DNA of 64,000 bases from Candidatus Woesebacteria bacterium (lineage in GTDB: Bacteria; Patescibacteriota; Microgenomatia; UBA1400; PJMF01). The stretch is from contig JAGOOB010000001.1 in NCBI GenBank assembly GCA_017992725.1, positions 553-64,552 on the forward strand. The letters run 5' to 3'. Positions 18,761-31,086 of the stretch are shown in pieces. Each line of letters begins with the position of its first letter. Position 1 is the first letter of the stretch. The translations under genes were made by a program, and so were the position numbers. The notes beneath the pieces were generated by a model. The model was not told the DNA's origin, searched no databases, and saw nothing but the letters and a program-made list of their open reading frames with translations.

Positions 18761-19276
18761 TTATTTATTTTCTTTCTTAGTTATTTTTTTAGCTGTTTTC
18801 ACACTTTTTTTGGTAATTGTAGTGCTTTGTTTAGTACTAGTTTTTTTGATATCAGCTTTGACGCTTTTTTTAGTATCAGCTGGTTTTAGAGTCTTTTGTT
18901 GTTCTGCCTTTTTTTCCAATGGCTTCTCGGTTTTAGTTGCTGGTTCTTTAGTTTCCAATTCAACACAAATATGACATGATCTTTTTAAAATAGTGTGGGC
19001 ACGTCCCCGACTAACCGCTCGCCAACGCTTATAAGTTGGAGCTTCATTAACTACAATGTTTTTAATTTGTAATTGATCTAAACTTAATTGATGATTGTTC
19101 ATCGCGTTGGCTATGGCTTGACGTAAAGTTTTTAAAACTACCAGGCTAGCTCGACGCTCCATCACCGCCAATTGTTTGAGTGCGCTCTCAATTGGCATCT
19201 CCTTGACCACATCCGCCACAAGGCGAACTTTGCGCGCAGTCTGTCTGGTATATTTCTGTGTTGCTTTAACAATCAT
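18761..19276 (-). CDS. rplV: 50S ribosomal protein L22 with a K-rich C-terminal extension
   Basis: MIVKATQKYTRQTARKVRLVADVV aligns with the [24 protein letters not shown]-type L22 start. The start was set to the internal ATG at 19276; the track's upstream extension overlaps rpsS. Confidence 0.85.
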   Translation of the reverse strand: MIVKATQKYTRQTARKVRLVADVVKEMPIESALKQLAVMERRASLVVLKTLRQAIANAMNNHQLSLDQLQIKNIVVNEAPTYKRWRAVSRGRAHTILKRSCHICVELETKEPATKTEKPLEKKAEQQKTLKPADTKKSVKADIKKTSTKQSTTITKKSVKTAKKITKKENK

Positions 19277-19295
19277 TTTCTTAATCCAGTTGGCT

Positions 19296-19580
19296 TTAAG
19301 TTTTAGCCATAATTCTTTTAACCATTTTGCCATGACCTCTAAAGGTTCTGGTTGGAGCAAACTCTCCGAGTTTATGACCAACCATCAATTCTGAAACAAA
19401 AACTTCAACAAAATTTTTCCCTTGATGAACCAAAAAAGTATGTCCCACAAATTCCGGAGCAACAGTGCAAGCTCTACTCCAAGTTTTAATTGGACTCTTA
19501 TCACCACTCGCTTTTTGTTTCATCACTTTGCTCAAAAGCTTTGGGTCAACAAATGGTCCTTTTTTATTTGATCTAGACAT
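19296..19580 (-). CDS. rpsS: 30S ribosomal protein S19
   Basis: [16 protein letters not shown]...[14 protein letters not shown] matches S19. Confidence 0.92.
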   Translation of the reverse strand: MSRSNKKGPFVDPKLLSKVMKQKASGDKSPIKTWSRACTVAPEFVGHTFLVHQGKNFVEVFVSELMVGHKLGEFAPTRTFRGHGKMVKRIMAKT

Positions 19581-19589
19581 TAATTTCCT

Positions 19590-20426
19590 TTAATTTTTAC
19601 TTCGACGATCACGTACAATCCATTTATTAGTCTTCCTAGGACTACGTGTCTTTTTACCAGGAGCAGCAATTTTACCCCAAGGAGTCTTCTGATATTTTAA
19701 ACCAACTCCACTGCGACCTTCACCACCACCATGTGGGTGACTGTCTGGATGCTGAGCGGTTCCGCGAACAGTGGGACGAATACCCATCAGGCGTTTGCGT
19801 CCAGCTTTACCTAATTTACGATTTTTCCAATCAGTATTTCCAAGACTGCCTATTGTAGCGAAACAATCAAGATTTATCAATCTAAATTCTTTAGAAGGCA
19901 ACTGAACTGTGGCATATTTTTTTTCTTTAGATTGAATAATAGCCCCAGTGCCCGCACCTCTCACTAATTGCGCTCCCTTACCTGGTCTTAACTCAATATT
20001 ATGAATTTCAACACCTAAAGGAATGTTTTTAAGTGGCATAGCGTTACCAGTTTTGGTACTAACCTTTTCGCCAGCCACAATCTCATCACCAATTTTCAAT
20101 TTTTCTGGTGCCAAAATATAGCGTTTCTCACCATCTTTGTAAACTAACAGAGCAATGTTAGCACTACGCATTGGATCATATTCAATTCTTTTAACTACCG
20201 CTGGTATATCCCGCTTATTGCGTTTGAAGTCAATAATCCGTTGGCGTTTTTTAACCCCACCACCACGATGACGCATCGAAATGTGTCCCTTGGCATCTTT
20301 TCCAGATCGTTTGGTATGACCTTTACGCAATAATGATTTTTCAGGATCACCTTTATGCAAATGCCTGCGATCAATATCCACTCGATGTCTGGTACCAGGA
20401 GTGCCGGTTCTATTTTTCTTTAACAT
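19590..20426 (-). CDS. rplB: 50S ribosomal protein L2
   Basis: 278 aa with the L2 C-terminal HPHGGGEGRS motif. Confidence 0.93.
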   Translation of the reverse strand: MLKKNRTGTPGTRHRVDIDRRHLHKGDPEKSLLRKGHTKRSGKDAKGHISMRHRGGGVKKRQRIIDFKRNKRDIPAVVKRIEYDPMRSANIALLVYKDGEKRYILAPEKLKIGDEIVAGEKVSTKTGNAMPLKNIPLGVEIHNIELRPGKGAQLVRGAGTGAIIQSKEKKYATVQLPSKEFRLINLDCFATIGSLGNTDWKNRKLGKAGRKRLMGIRPTVRGTAQHPDSHPHGGGEGRSGVGLKYQKTPWGKIAAPGKKTRSPRKTNKWIVRDRRSKN

Positions 20427-20725
20427 TATTCGTTTCCTCCAGTATCAAAAAGAGCAATAGTTTGACCCTTAGCTAACTTCACATAGGCTTTCTTGGTTTT
20501 TGGGGTCACCGTGCTAATTCGTTTTCTACCAGTTTTTTTCTTGACTCGATGCCTAACTACTGTATTAACTTCCAAAACTTTAACATCAAAAACATCTTCA
20601 ACTGCTTGTTTAATTTGACCCTTATGCGCATTCATCAACACCTCAAAAGTGTAGACATTTTGCTTATTGGCCAAGCTCAGTGATCTTTCAGTAATAACTG
20701 GTTTTTTGATTAAGTAAGCGTTCAT
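20426..20725 (-). CDS. rplW: 50S ribosomal protein L23
   Basis: 99 aa in the L23 slot; ITEKSL-like N-terminal region. Confidence 0.9.
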   Translation of the reverse strand: MNAYLIKKPVITERSLSLANKQNVYTFEVLMNAHKGQIKQAVEDVFDVKVLEVNTVVRHRVKKKTGRKRISTVTPKTKKAYVKLAKGQTIALFDTGGNE

Positions 20726-20727
20726 GA

Positions 20728-21372
20728 TTATTTTTTAATACTCTTTTTTTTAACCTTATTAAATCTATCTTCTAAAGTTTTCAGAGCACTAAAATCGATT
20801 AAAATTTTATCTGCTTGCGCCATTTGTAAAACATTAAGCCTCTCAGCAGTAGTAACACTAACATTGCTTAAATTAGTTAAAGCTCGAAGCACTGGCTCAT
20901 TCATTTTGTGCAAAATTACTAAAACTTTGTCTGTTTTTTCACTAAACTTACTAATTAATTTATCTGCTCCTTTGGTCTTACCTTTTAAAGTCGCAATATC
21001 TTTACTGACAAATAAGTTCTTTTTCTGTAAAGTTAATGCCTGCTGCAGAGCAATCAATTTTGATTTTCGATTTAATTTTAAACTCCAGTTTTCAATAGCT
21101 CGAGGTCCATGAGAAACTCCACCACCAACAAAAATGTTTGGGGTTCTGGCTCCATGGCGAGCATTTCCTGTCCCTTTTTGTTTATACCATTTTTTCTTAG
21201 TTCTTTTGACTTCACTCCGAGTTTTGGTGTAACTAGTACCCTGTCTTAAATTAGCTTGATAAACTCTAATCGCTTGAGCCAATAATTGATCAGCTGCTTT
21301 ATCAGAAAATAAGATATCACTTACTCTGATCTTTTCATTCTTGCTAGTAGAATCAATAACTGGTAATTGCAT
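20728..21372 (-). CDS. rplD: 50S ribosomal protein L4
   Basis: KQKGTGNARHGARTPNIFVGGGVSHGP matches the L4 core. Confidence 0.9.
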   Translation of the reverse strand: MQLPVIDSTSKNEKIRVSDILFSDKAADQLLAQAIRVYQANLRQGTSYTKTRSEVKRTKKKWYKQKGTGNARHGARTPNIFVGGGVSHGPRAIENWSLKLNRKSKLIALQQALTLQKKNLFVSKDIATLKGKTKGADKLISKFSEKTDKVLVILHKMNEPVLRALTNLSNVSVTTAERLNVLQMAQADKILIDFSALKTLEDRFNKVKKKSIKK

Positions 21373-22163
21373 TAAGCTGTTTTTTCCTCTTTAACTTCTT
21401 TTTTCTTTGCCTCCCCAGTTTCATTTACTTGAATTTCTGGCGCTGGAGTAGGCGTCTCTTCTTTTAGTGTGACAGTTTCTTCTTTTTTTGTTTCCTCTTT
21501 TTTACCAAATACGGCTTCATTTAATTTAATGTCTTTTTTGGCTCCAGTTTTTTTAATTTTGACAATGGAGTTTTTATGACCTGGAACTGGACCATTCACC
21601 CAAACCTCATGATTCGCTAAATCAATATGCACCACCACCAAACCTAAAACAGTTTTGGTGTCAGTACCAAAGTGACCAGCCATTCTTTGCCCCTTCCACA
21701 CTCGGCCAGGACTGGTAGTTGCACCAATTGAACCAGGAGCACGTTGGCGATCAGATTGACCATGAGTACGTGGACCACCATGAAAACTGTAACGCTTGAC
21801 TCCTCCCGCAAAACCACGCCCCTTACTTTGTCCCTGAATAGCTACAACATCACCAAGTTCCAAAACTTGATCTATGGCGATTGTTTCTCCACTTTTGACA
21901 CGATCATCGACTTCAATACTTCTAATTTGCTTAAAACCAGAAGAAAAACCACTCTTTGAAATTTGTTCTCGAAGTGGTTTAGCTACATTTTTTAATTTCT
22001 TTTTACCGTAGGCCAGTTCGGCCTTAAAAACTTGATTTTGATCTTGTTTGACATTCAAAACACAATTATCATCCACCAATAATTTAGTGATAGGAAGACG
22101 CTTGCCCGTTGTTGACCAGGCTTGCGACATGCCGATTTTGGTAGCGAATATTGTGTTTAACAT
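21372..22163 (-). CDS. rplC: 50S ribosomal protein L3 with a ~50-aa K/E-rich C-terminal extension
   Basis: FATKIGMSQ...GRGFAGGVKRYSFHGGPRTHGQS matches the L3 core; a charged tail follows. Confidence 0.9.
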   Translation of the reverse strand: MLNTIFATKIGMSQAWSTTGKRLPITKLLVDDNCVLNVKQDQNQVFKAELAYGKKKLKNVAKPLREQISKSGFSSGFKQIRSIEVDDRVKSGETIAIDQVLELGDVVAIQGQSKGRGFAGGVKRYSFHGGPRTHGQSDRQRAPGSIGATTSPGRVWKGQRMAGHFGTDTKTVLGLVVVHIDLANHEVWVNGPVPGHKNSIVKIKKTGAKKDIKLNEAVFGKKEETKKEETVTLKEETPTPAPEIQVNETGEAKKKEVKEEKTA

Positions 22164-22212
22164 CTTTTCTTTTATTTTGTCTCTTCAATTTTGTTTAAGT
22201 CCTTAAGGTAAT

Positions 22213-22533
22213 TTACATCTTAATTTGAATGTCGACACCTGCTGGCAACTCTAAATGCATTAAAGAATCAATGGTTTTATTGGTCGGATCAATAATATCA
22301 ATGAGACGTTTATGAGTTCTTATTTCATAATGCTCTTGAGCATCCTTGTCTGTATGAGGAGAAACCAAAACAGTAAAAGACTTGGTGTGAGTGGGCAAGG
22401 GAACTGGTCCGACAACTTTGGCTCCTGTAGAAAGAGCAGTTTGCAGGATCTTGCGACTGGCTTCATCGATCACTCGGTGATCATATGACTTCAGCCTCAC
22501 CCGAATCTTATACGCATTTTGATTTTTTGCCAT
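22213..22533 (-). CDS. rpsJ: 30S ribosomal protein S10
   Basis: [16 protein letters not shown]...GPVPLPT matches S10. Confidence 0.92.
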   Translation of the reverse strand: MAKNQNAYKIRVRLKSYDHRVIDEASRKILQTALSTGAKVVGPVPLPTHTKSFTVLVSPHTDKDAQEHYEIRTHKRLIDIIDPTNKTIDSLMHLELPAGVDIQIKM

Positions 22534-22771
22534 ACTATTTTTTAGATTTTTTATTTACTTGTTAGCGGTTTTTGCTAATTAGCAATTTAAACCTGATCAC
22601 TACTTGAGAAAATAATATTCCTTGTAGAAATCACAAAGCGCGATTATAACTAATTTTCTTCAAGTTGTACAGAAGATAAATCAAATATTAGCCTTTAGCG
22701 CCTGTTAATTATCTCCTATAGTGAGACTCGTATTTTACCAGAGAGAAAAACAAAGAGCAAGAGAAACAAAA

Positions 22772-22798
22772 AAGCCCTTGCCAATAAGCAAGGGCTTT
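22772..22798. terminator. Hairpin terminator downstream of tuf (bidirectional shape)
   Basis: AAAGCCCTTGC caataa GCAAGGGCTTT is flanked by A-runs, which read as T-runs on the minus strand. Confidence 0.7.
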
Positions 22799-22819
22799 AA
22801 AAACCAATCAGTGAATTAT

Positions 22820-24016
22820 TTATTCAATAATTTTAGTGACTGCACCAGCACCAACAGTGAGACCGCCTTCTCTGATAGCAAAGCGGAATCCTTCGTGAAT
22901 AGCTACTGGAGTGATCAATTCAACAGTCATTTTTGCATTATCACCAGGCATAACCATTTCTACACCCTCTGGTAATTTAATTTCACCAGTCACATCGGTA
23001 GTACGAATATAGAATTGAGGCTTGTAGCCTGAGAAAAATGGTTTGTGACGTCCACCTTCTTCTTTCTTTAAGATGTAGACTTCAGCCTCAAATTTCTTAT
23101 GAGCTGAAGCAGTGCCTGGAGCAGCTAATAGCTGACCACGTTCGACTTCGTCTTTTTCAATACCACGGAGTAAAATACCAACGTTGTCACCCGCTTGACC
23201 TTGATCCAGACTCTTTCTAAACATTTCCACACCGGTCACAACTGTTGTTTTCTTCTCGCGAAGACCGATAATATCAACAGTATCACCAACCTTAACTTTA
23301 CCGCTTTCAATCCGACCAGTCACTACTGTCCCACGACCCTTAATCGAGAAGACATCTTCAATGTACATCGAAAATGGTTTATCGATATCACGCACTGGTT
23401 CGGGAATGTAATCATCAACAGCATTGATCAACTTCATGATTCCATCCTGGGCATCCTTGTCACCCTCAAGAGCTTTGAGAGCACTGACTCGCAGAACTGG
23501 AGCGTTTTCACCATCATAACCATATTTGGTGAGTAACTCACGCACTTCCATTTCCACTAAGTCCAACAACTCTGGATCATCAACCATGTCACATTTGTTT
23601 AAAGCAACAATTAGTTTAGGGACATTTACTTGATTAGCCAAAAGAATGTGCTCACGAGTCTGGGGCATTGGACCATCAGTCGCTGACACTACCAAAATTG
23701 CTCCATCCATCTGAGCAGCACCAGTGATCATGTTTTTAATATAATCAGCGTGACCTGGGGCATCGATATGAGCATAGTGACGTTTTTCAGTCTCATACTC
23801 AACGTGAGAGATATTAATAGTAATACCTCGAGAAATTTCCTCGGCACTGCTCTCAATATCTTCGTAGTTCAACGCCTTATTAATATCCGAAGGATATTTT
23901 TCTGCTAACACATGGGTAATCGCTGCAGTTAAAGTGGTTTTACCATGATCGATGTGACCAATAGTCCCAATATTAACGTGAGGCTTATTTCTGACAAATT
24001 TTTGTGTATCTGCCAT
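22820..24016 (-). CDS. tuf: Elongation factor Tu
   Basis: [33 protein letters not shown]. The start was set to the ATG at 24016, which has an AGGAGA RBS. The 17-codon upstream extension in the track is not EF-Tu-like. Confidence 0.93.
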   Translation of the reverse strand: MADTQKFVRNKPHVNIGTIGHIDHGKTTLTAAITHVLAEKYPSDINKALNYEDIESSAEEISRGITINISHVEYETEKRHYAHIDAPGHADYIKNMITGAAQMDGAILVVSATDGPMPQTREHILLANQVNVPKLIVALNKCDMVDDPELLDLVEMEVRELLTKYGYDGENAPVLRVSALKALEGDKDAQDGIMKLINAVDDYIPEPVRDIDKPFSMYIEDVFSIKGRGTVVTGRIESGKVKVGDTVDIIGLREKKTTVVTGVEMFRKSLDQGQAGDNVGILLRGIEKDEVERGQLLAAPGTASAHKKFEAEVYILKKEEGGRHKPFFSGYKPQFYIRTTDVTGEIKLPEGVEMVMPGDNAKMTVELITPVAIHEGFRFAIREGGLTVGAGAVTKIIE

Positions 24017-24089
24017 AACTTGTATCTCCTTTTTGATAATACTTATTAATAATTTTTTTGACCCCATTATTATACACTAAGCGGAAAAA

Positions 24090-26222
24090 TTAGGCTTTCT
24101 TACCTTTTCTTTCTTCAATAATCGCTTCAGTAATATTACGTGGTACTTCTTCATAGTGACTGGGTAACAAAACACTAGTAGCCCGACCCTGAGTAAGGCC
24201 ACGCAAAGTTGTTACGTAACCCTGCATTTCTGCTAATGGAGCGAGGGCTGTAATAATACTAATATTGCCACGTTTGTTAGTACCTTGAATTTGTGCTCGA
24301 CGACTACCCAAATCCCCAATCACATCTCCCATAAACTCTTCCGGTGTACTCACTTCAACTTTCATAATTGGTTCAATTAAAACCATGTCGGCTTTACTAA
24401 CAGCATCACGCATAGCGAAAGATCCAGCCATTTTAAAGGCTAATTCACTAGAATCCACTTCGTGATAAGAACCATCATACAAAGTTACTCGAATATCGAC
24501 CATCGGATAATTGGCCAAAAATCCCCGTTCCAACGCTTCTTGAACACCTTTATTGGTTGGTTCAATATATTCTCGAGGAACAGTTCCACCCTTAATCTCA
24601 TTAACAAATTCATAACCAGTGCCACGTTCCTTGGGCTCGATTCGTAGCAAAACGTGACCGTATTGACCACGACCACCAGATTGTTTAATGTACTTACCTT
24701 CACCTTCTGCCATTTGTTTAATAGTTTCTCGATAGGCCACTTGGGGTTTCCCGACATCAGCATCAACATGAAATTCTCTTTTTAAACGATCAACAATAAT
24801 TTCCAAATGTAGTTCACCCATGCCACCAATAATCGTTTGGCCAGTTTCTGGATCAGATTTAATACTAAAAGTGGGATCTTCTTCACTTAATTTAGCCAAA
24901 GCCATTCCCATTTTTTCTTGATCAGCTTTGGTTCGAGGTTCAATAGCCAAATAAATAACTGGTTCAGCAAAAGTAATCCCCTCTAGAATAATGGGGTAAT
25001 TTTCATCACATAGAGTGTCGCCAGTTTTAGTTTCTTTTAAACCAATCATGGCTACAATTTCCCCAGCTGCGGCTTCCTCAATTTCCTCTCTTTGATTGGC
25101 GTGCATCAATAATAATCGACCCAGTCTTTCTTTAACATTTTTACTAGAGTTATAAACATAAGTACCTGATTTCAAAACACCTGAATAAATACGAAAATAT
25201 GTTAATTTACCGACGTGAGGATCAGTCTGAATTTTAAAAGCCAGACCACAAAATTTTTCCTCAGGCGTTAATTTACGTTCAATGACTTCTTCAGTCCCAG
25301 GCTTTAAACCTGAAATATGATCAATGTCTAATGGAGATGGCAAATATTCAATCACTGCATCTAATAAAGGTTGTATTCCAGTATTTTTTAGTGATGAACC
25401 AGCATAAACTGGAACCAATTTGTAATCAATTACCGCTCGACGCAGTGCCGCTTTTAATTCATCTACTGCAATTTCTTGCGAATTTAAAAATTTTTCCATT
25501 AGCACATCGTCTGTTTCGGCAATGGATTCCACTAATTCTGCGCGTAAGCTTTCAACTTCTGTTTGAAATTCCTCTGGAATATCTTTGATGTCGGGCTCGG
25601 TCGCTGCTTGATGATCTTCCCAAAAATAAGCTCGCCGAGTTAATAAATCAATCACTCCAGCAAAATGATCTTCGCTACCCATTGGTAAAACCATTACTGC
25701 CGGTTTGACTCCGAATTTGGTGCGGATATCCTCAACAGTTGCTTTAAAATCAGCTCCTAACTTATCCATTTTATTGACAAAACAAATTCTTGGCACATTA
25801 TATTTATCAGCTTGTCGCCAAACAGTTTCTGATTGTGATTGCACACCTTCACTAGCATCGAGGACAGTAATGCCCCCATCTAAAACTCGAAGAGAGCGCT
25901 CCACCTCGGCAGTAAAATCAACGTGGCCTGGTGTATCAATGATATTAAAGCGATAACGTTCTTTGGGCAGATGCGTGTTAAAATAAGGTTTCCAAAAACA
26001 GGTGGTTGCAGCAGACATGATAGTAATTCCACGTTCTTGTTCTTGAGCCATCCAGTCCATGGTAGCTGCACCTTCGTGAACCTCGCCGGTTTTATAATTT
26101 CGACCAGTATAAAACAGTATTCTTTCGGTAGTAGTAGTTTTCCCAGCGTCAATATGAGCAATAATCCCAATATTTCTAATTCGATCTAAGGCCACTTCAC
26201 GCTGATCTGAAATCCCTGACAT
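24090..26222 (-). CDS. fusA: Elongation factor G
   Basis: 710 aa; [25 protein letters not shown]-domain and EF-G domains II-V. Confidence 0.93.
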   Translation of the reverse strand: MSGISDQREVALDRIRNIGIIAHIDAGKTTTTERILFYTGRNYKTGEVHEGAATMDWMAQEQERGITIMSAATTCFWKPYFNTHLPKERYRFNIIDTPGHVDFTAEVERSLRVLDGGITVLDASEGVQSQSETVWRQADKYNVPRICFVNKMDKLGADFKATVEDIRTKFGVKPAVMVLPMGSEDHFAGVIDLLTRRAYFWEDHQAATEPDIKDIPEEFQTEVESLRAELVESIAETDDVLMEKFLNSQEIAVDELKAALRRAVIDYKLVPVYAGSSLKNTGIQPLLDAVIEYLPSPLDIDHISGLKPGTEEVIERKLTPEEKFCGLAFKIQTDPHVGKLTYFRIYSGVLKSGTYVYNSSKNVKERLGRLLLMHANQREEIEEAAAGEIVAMIGLKETKTGDTLCDENYPIILEGITFAEPVIYLAIEPRTKADQEKMGMALAKLSEEDPTFSIKSDPETGQTIIGGMGELHLEIIVDRLKREFHVDADVGKPQVAYRETIKQMAEGEGKYIKQSGGRGQYGHVLLRIEPKERGTGYEFVNEIKGGTVPREYIEPTNKGVQEALERGFLANYPMVDIRVTLYDGSYHEVDSSELAFKMAGSFAMRDAVSKADMVLIEPIMKVEVSTPEEFMGDVIGDLGSRRAQIQGTNKRGNISIITALAPLAEMQGYVTTLRGLTQGRATSVLLPSHYEEVPRNITEAIIEERKGKKA

Positions 26223-26311
26223 ATATACTTTTACAACGATTTACTTTTAATAATTAATACAATTTATATAAACAAATAATTTTATATTTTTTTCTAAAAA
26301 CTAGCAAGAAT

Positions 26312-26788
26312 TTACCAACGAAAATGAGAAAAAGCTTTATTTGCTTCAGCCATGCGGTGAGAGGTGTTACGTTTTTCAATCGCTCCTCCTTGTTCTATCA
26401 TCGCATCTAAAATCTCAGCTGCTAATTTTTCAGCAAAACTATGATATTGCTTGTTGGGTCTTTTATTGGCCTCATTAACCAGCCAACGAATACTTAAAGA
26501 TCCAGCTCTTAAATCCCTAACTGGCATAGGTACTTGATAAGAAGCTCCTCCTACCCGACGAGATCTAACTTCCATTTTCGGCTTAATTTTTTCAATGGCT
26601 TCTTCTAATGCCTCTAAAGGTTTGCGTTTGCTTTGTTTAGCAACAATTTCTAGTGCTTCATAAACCTGTTTTTGAGCAACTGATTTTTTACCGTCTTTCA
26701 TACTACGGTTAATCAAACGCTGTACCAAAGTTGAGTTGTATTTAACATCTTTGTTGATTTGACGAATATTAGCTTTTTTAGTTCTCAT
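26312..26788 (-). CDS. rpsG: 30S ribosomal protein S7
   Basis: 158 aa. The S7 C-terminus MAEANKAFSHFRW is typical. Confidence 0.92.
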   Translation of the reverse strand: MRTKKANIRQINKDVKYNSTLVQRLINRSMKDGKKSVAQKQVYEALEIVAKQSKRKPLEALEEAIEKIKPKMEVRSRRVGGASYQVPMPVRDLRAGSLSIRWLVNEANKRPNKQYHSFAEKLAAEILDAMIEQGGAIEKRNTSHRMAEANKAFSHFRW

Positions 26789-26792
26789 AAGC

Positions 26793-27203
26793 TTAACTCC
26801 TCTTTACCCCATATTTACTGCGACTTGATTTACGTCCATCAACTCCAGCGCAATCATATTTACCACGGATAATGTGATATTTCACACCTGGCAAGTCTTT
26901 TACTCTGCCACCACGCACCAAAACTACACTATGTTCAGCTAGATTATGTCCTTCACCAGCAATATAAGCTGTAACTTCAACCTTATTAGATAAACGCACT
27001 CTCGCTACTTTACGTAAAGCTGAGTTTGGTTTCTTAGGAGTCATGGTTTTAACCACAGTACATACACCCCGTTTTTGGGGATTAGTGGTTTTAGTGGGTC
27101 GATTGGTATTGGAGTTAAAACTGCGACGTAAGGCTGTAGCCTTAACTCGCTTAATTCTACTTTTTCTCCCACCTTTTCTAATTAGTTGATTAATAGTTGG
27201 CAT
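26793..27203 (-). CDS. rpsL: 30S ribosomal protein S12
   Basis: [13 protein letters not shown] ... [10 protein letters not shown] ... [18 protein letters not shown] matches S12. Confidence 0.93.
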   Translation of the reverse strand: MPTINQLIRKGGRKSRIKRVKATALRRSFNSNTNRPTKTTNPQKRGVCTVVKTMTPKKPNSALRKVARVRLSNKVEVTAYIAGEGHNLAEHSVVLVRGGRVKDLPGVKYHIIRGKYDCAGVDGRKSSRSKYGVKRS

Positions 27204-27308
27204 AATCTTTTAATTTTGTTTATTTTTGATCCTAATAACATTCATTGCTAACTTTTATTGATCGAATGGCAATTCTAACACAAGCCATCAAGTTTATCTA
27301 GGGAATCT

Positions 27309-30300
27309 CTATTCTAAACGAGCCCTTTCTTCACTAGTTGGAATTAAACGACCAATGATTACATTCTCTTTCAAACCTTTTAGGTAATCGATGGCTCCCT
27401 CTGCCGCCGCATCAGTTAGAACATGTTTAGTGTGTTGGAAAGAAGCGGCTGATAACCAGGAATCAGTAAACAAAGAAGATCGAGTAATACCAAGCAAAAG
27501 CACACGGGCAGTGGCAGGATCACCTCCGGCTGCCATCACATCCTCATTGACATCAACAAAACGACTACGTTCAACGACTTCACCAACTAAGAAATCAGTA
27601 TCACCTGGCATATCAATTTGTAATTTATCACCCATCTTGCGGACAATGACTTCAAAATGTTTATCATTGATGGTAATACCTTGTGATTCATAAACAGCCT
27701 GAACTTGATCCACAATATATTGTTGAGTGGTTAATAATCCAGAAAGTTGTAACAATTCTTGAACATTAATCCCACCTACAGTTAAAGCCTGACCAGTATG
27801 AACTAAATCTTTGTCACTGACTTGAAGTTTAATTGAGCTAGACAAAGTATAACTTTCTTCTTCGCCATTATTGCCTTTGATAGTAATTTCTTGTTCATTG
27901 GCTTGTTGTTTAACTCTAACTTTTCCTGGGAAATGAGCAATAATTGCCTGCACTTTGGGATTTCTAGCTTCTAATAATTCCTCAACACGAGGCAAACCCT
28001 GAGTCACGTCTAGACCAATAATACCTCCCGAGTGTTTAACTCGCATGGTCAGCTGAGTTCCTGGTTCACCAATTGATTGGGCCGCTAATACACCCACTGG
28101 CACGCCAATTTTGACCTGACTACGATTGGAGAAATCCCAACCATAACATTTGGCACAGAGACCATGTTTAGCTTGACATGTTAGTGCCGATCTGACCCAG
28201 GCACTTTCCACCTTGCTTTGATTAACTGCTTCAGCTAAATCTGGAGTAATCAATTCACCAGCTTTAACCAACACTTTTTTACCATCTTTGATATCTTGAG
28301 TAGCATAGCGACCCAAAATTCTCGAAGTAAAAACATCTTTTCTTGGTAAACGTTTAATTTCAATACCTTCAGTGGTGCCACAATCATCAGAACGAATAAT
28401 AACATCATGAGCCACATCAACCAAACGTCTAGTTAAATAACCAGCATCAGCCGTTTTAATAGCTGAGTCAGTTAAACCTTTTCTAGAACCACGAGCTGAA
28501 GTTACATATTCAAAAATACTTAAGCCCTGTCTAAAGTTAGATTTAGTTGGCATTTCCACAATGTTACCTAAAGGATCAACCACTAAACCACGCATGGCAG
28601 CTAGTTGTTTCACCTGATCTTTAGAAGCCCGAGTACCTCCTGAATCAATAATAGTTTTGACACTATTTTCGTCATCGTAGGTAGCCCAAGTTTTTTCAGC
28701 TAATTCTTCAGTTGTTTTAATCCAAACATCGAGAGATTGACGGCGTCTTTCGTCGTCAGTAATTAAACCTTGCAAATAATATTCTTGAATTTTTTCTACA
28801 TCATCATTAGCTTTAGCGATAATTTGATCTTTTTCATCAATCATGCCACAATCAGTCACTCCGACTGACAGACCAGATTTGGTAGCTGCTTCAAAACCCA
28901 AATCTTTAATGTCATCGATCATTTTGGCGACTACTGTTTCTGGTTCAGTTTCAATCGCTTTAGTGAGAATTTGTTTAATTTTCTTGGCTTCAACAGGTTG
29001 ATTAATAAAGCGCAAGCTCGCTGGTAAAACACTATTAAACATTAAACGACCTACACTGGTTTCCACCAATTGTCGTGCACCGTCGAATTCCATCTTTACC
29101 TGAATTTTTTGACGCAACTTTAACCGACCAATTTGATAAAGATGATAAGCTTCATTTTTACTACCCAAAATAGCAGGGAAAGTTTCCAAGCGCTCATCAA
29201 AACTAGTGTAATAGTAGACACCCAATGCCATTTCTTTATTTGGCAGAGTAATAGGCTCACCATTGGCTGGCTTAAGTAAGTTATGATCAGCCATCATCAA
29301 CTCAATGGCTTCTTGTTGGGCCTCTTTAGTTAAAGGCACATGGACGGCCATCTGATCACCATCAAAGTCGGCGTTATAGCCAGCACAAACACAAGGATGA
29401 AGGGAAATGGCGCTCCCTTCAATCAAAACTGGATAAAAAGCTTGAATCCCAAGCTTATGCAAAGTTGGGGCACGGTTTAATAAAACTGGATGATTTTGAA
29501 TAACTTTCTCCAAAATTGCATAAACCTCAGCTTCACGACGATCAACTAAGTGACGCGCACTTTTCACGTTCGGTGCAATACCATGAACAATTAGTTCACG
29601 TAAAACATAAGGTTTAAACATTTCCAGGGCCATATCTTTTGGCAAACCACATTGATTCAATTTCAATTCAGGACCAACAATAATCACGCTTCTACCAGAG
29701 TAATCGACTCTTTTCCCTAACAAATTTTGGCGGAAACGACCGGTTTTACCTCGCAACATTTCCGATAGAGAGCGGAGAGGTCGACGAGTAGAACGACGAC
29801 GACTCTGTTTTGCTTGAGAACCATCAATTAAAGAATCAACGGCCTCTTGTAACATTCTTTTCTCATTGCGTAAAATAATTTCTGGAGCACCTAGATTAAT
29901 TAAATGAGCCAAACGATTATTGCGATTAATCACTCGACGATACAAATCATTTAAATCTGAGGCTGCAAAACGCCCACCAGACAACTGAACCATTGGTCTC
30001 AGATCTGGAGGCAAAACTGGTAAAATTGACAAAAACATCCAACTTGGATCAATTTCGGCTTTTTTAAAACCTTCAAACACTCGTAAACGTTTGATAATTT
30101 TAGTTTTCTTGGTTCCTTTGCTTTCAGCTAATTCATCACGCAAAGAAACGATTTCTTTATCTAAATCGACATCTTTGACCAACTCTAAGATTGCTTCAGC
30201 ACCCATGCCCACTTTCAAATGGGAATTAGCGTTATATTCATCAAGCTTGAGATATTCATCTTCAGTTAAAACCACTTTTTTCTTGATCTTTTTGACCATT

Positions 30301-31028
30301 TGTTTAATGGTTTTATAAATCTCATCAGTTTGTTCAATCTGTACTTCCAACTGTTGTTTGGTGCCCACAATTTTATTTTTAGTTTTTAAATCTAATTCAG
30401 CTAACTTCAGTTGTAGGGTTTCTTTACTTTTAACTTTCTCCTTGAGAGTTTTGGATTCAGTTTGAAAATCTTCCTTAATTTTAGCGATACTTTTCTCGGC
30501 GTTATCTTTTAATTCATCGATTGCCGCCACACTATCTACTTCCAGCTGTTGTAAAACTTCTTTCTTTTGCTCATTGTCCACACCTAAAACAATGTATTGA
30601 GAAAAATACATAATTGAATTAAGGTTACGTGGAGATAAATTCAATAGTAAAGATAGTTTTGAAGGAGCACCCTTAAAGAACCAAATGTGAGCTACTGGAG
30701 CAGCCAATTGAATGTGCCCCATTCTTTCGCGACGCACTCGAGATTCAGTGACTTCAACACCACATTTATCACAAATAATACCTTTATAACGAATACGTTT
30801 ATACTTACCACAGTGACACTCATAGTCTTTGACCGGTCCAAAAATCTTTTCATCGAATAAACCATCTTTTTCTGGTTTTAAAGATCGATAATTAATAGTT
30901 TCTGGTTTTTTGACTTCGCCATAGGACCAATCCTTAATTTCTTCAGGAGAAGCAATTTTGATTTGTAAGGCACTGAAGTCAACAATGTCTTTGGTCTTTT
31001 TGATGGTTTGATTAAAAAATTTTGGCAT
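27309..31028 (-). CDS. rpoC: DNA-directed RNA polymerase subunit beta'
   Basis: 1239 aa with a zinc finger ([23 protein letters not shown]) and the [12 protein letters not shown] catalytic motif. Confidence 0.95.
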   Translation of the reverse strand: MPKFFNQTIKKTKDIVDFSALQIKIASPEEIKDWSYGEVKKPETINYRSLKPEKDGLFDEKIFGPVKDYECHCGKYKRIRYKGIICDKCGVEVTESRVRRERMGHIQLAAPVAHIWFFKGAPSKLSLLLNLSPRNLNSIMYFSQYIVLGVDNEQKKEVLQQLEVDSVAAIDELKDNAEKSIAKIKEDFQTESKTLKEKVKSKETLQLKLAELDLKTKNKIVGTKQQLEVQIEQTDEIYKTIKQMVKKIKKKVVLTEDEYLKLDEYNANSHLKVGMGAEAILELVKDVDLDKEIVSLRDELAESKGTKKTKIIKRLRVFEGFKKAEIDPSWMFLSILPVLPPDLRPMVQLSGGRFAASDLNDLYRRVINRNNRLAHLINLGAPEIILRNEKRMLQEAVDSLIDGSQAKQSRRRSTRRPLRSLSEMLRGKTGRFRQNLLGKRVDYSGRSVIIVGPELKLNQCGLPKDMALEMFKPYVLRELIVHGIAPNVKSARHLVDRREAEVYAILEKVIQNHPVLLNRAPTLHKLGIQAFYPVLIEGSAISLHPCVCAGYNADFDGDQMAVHVPLTKEAQQEAIELMMADHNLLKPANGEPITLPNKEMALGVYYYTSFDERLETFPAILGSKNEAYHLYQIGRLKLRQKIQVKMEFDGARQLVETSVGRLMFNSVLPASLRFINQPVEAKKIKQILTKAIETEPETVVAKMIDDIKDLGFEAATKSGLSVGVTDCGMIDEKDQIIAKANDDVEKIQEYYLQGLITDDERRRQSLDVWIKTTEELAEKTWATYDDENSVKTIIDSGGTRASKDQVKQLAAMRGLVVDPLGNIVEMPTKSNFRQGLSIFEYVTSARGSRKGLTDSAIKTADAGYLTRRLVDVAHDVIIRSDDCGTTEGIEIKRLPRKDVFTSRILGRYATQDIKDGKKVLVKAGELITPDLAEAVNQSKVESAWVRSALTCQAKHGLCAKCYGWDFSNRSQVKIGVPVGVLAAQSIGEPGTQLTMRVKHSGGIIGLDVTQGLPRVEELLEARNPKVQAIIAHFPGKVRVKQQANEQEITIKGNNGEEESYTLSSSIKLQVSDKDLVHTGQALTVGGINVQELLQLSGLLTTQQYIVDQVQAVYESQGITINDKHFEVIVRKMGDKLQIDMPGDTDFLVGEVVERSRFVDVNEDVMAAGGDPATARVLLLGITRSSLFTDSWLSAASFQHTKHVLTDAAAEGAIDYLKGLKENVIIGRLIPTSEERARLE

Positions 31029-31086
31029 AAATGTATTTGCTTGTCTATTTGATAAAGTGTTAATTTTTTTAGTAGTTGACCTTTCT

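Noticed and set aside
22721-22975. 84-aa plus-strand ORF spanning the tuf terminator
   Set aside because: It overlaps the tuf 3' end and the terminator hairpin on the opposite strand. It has no RBS and low-complexity content; it is spurious.
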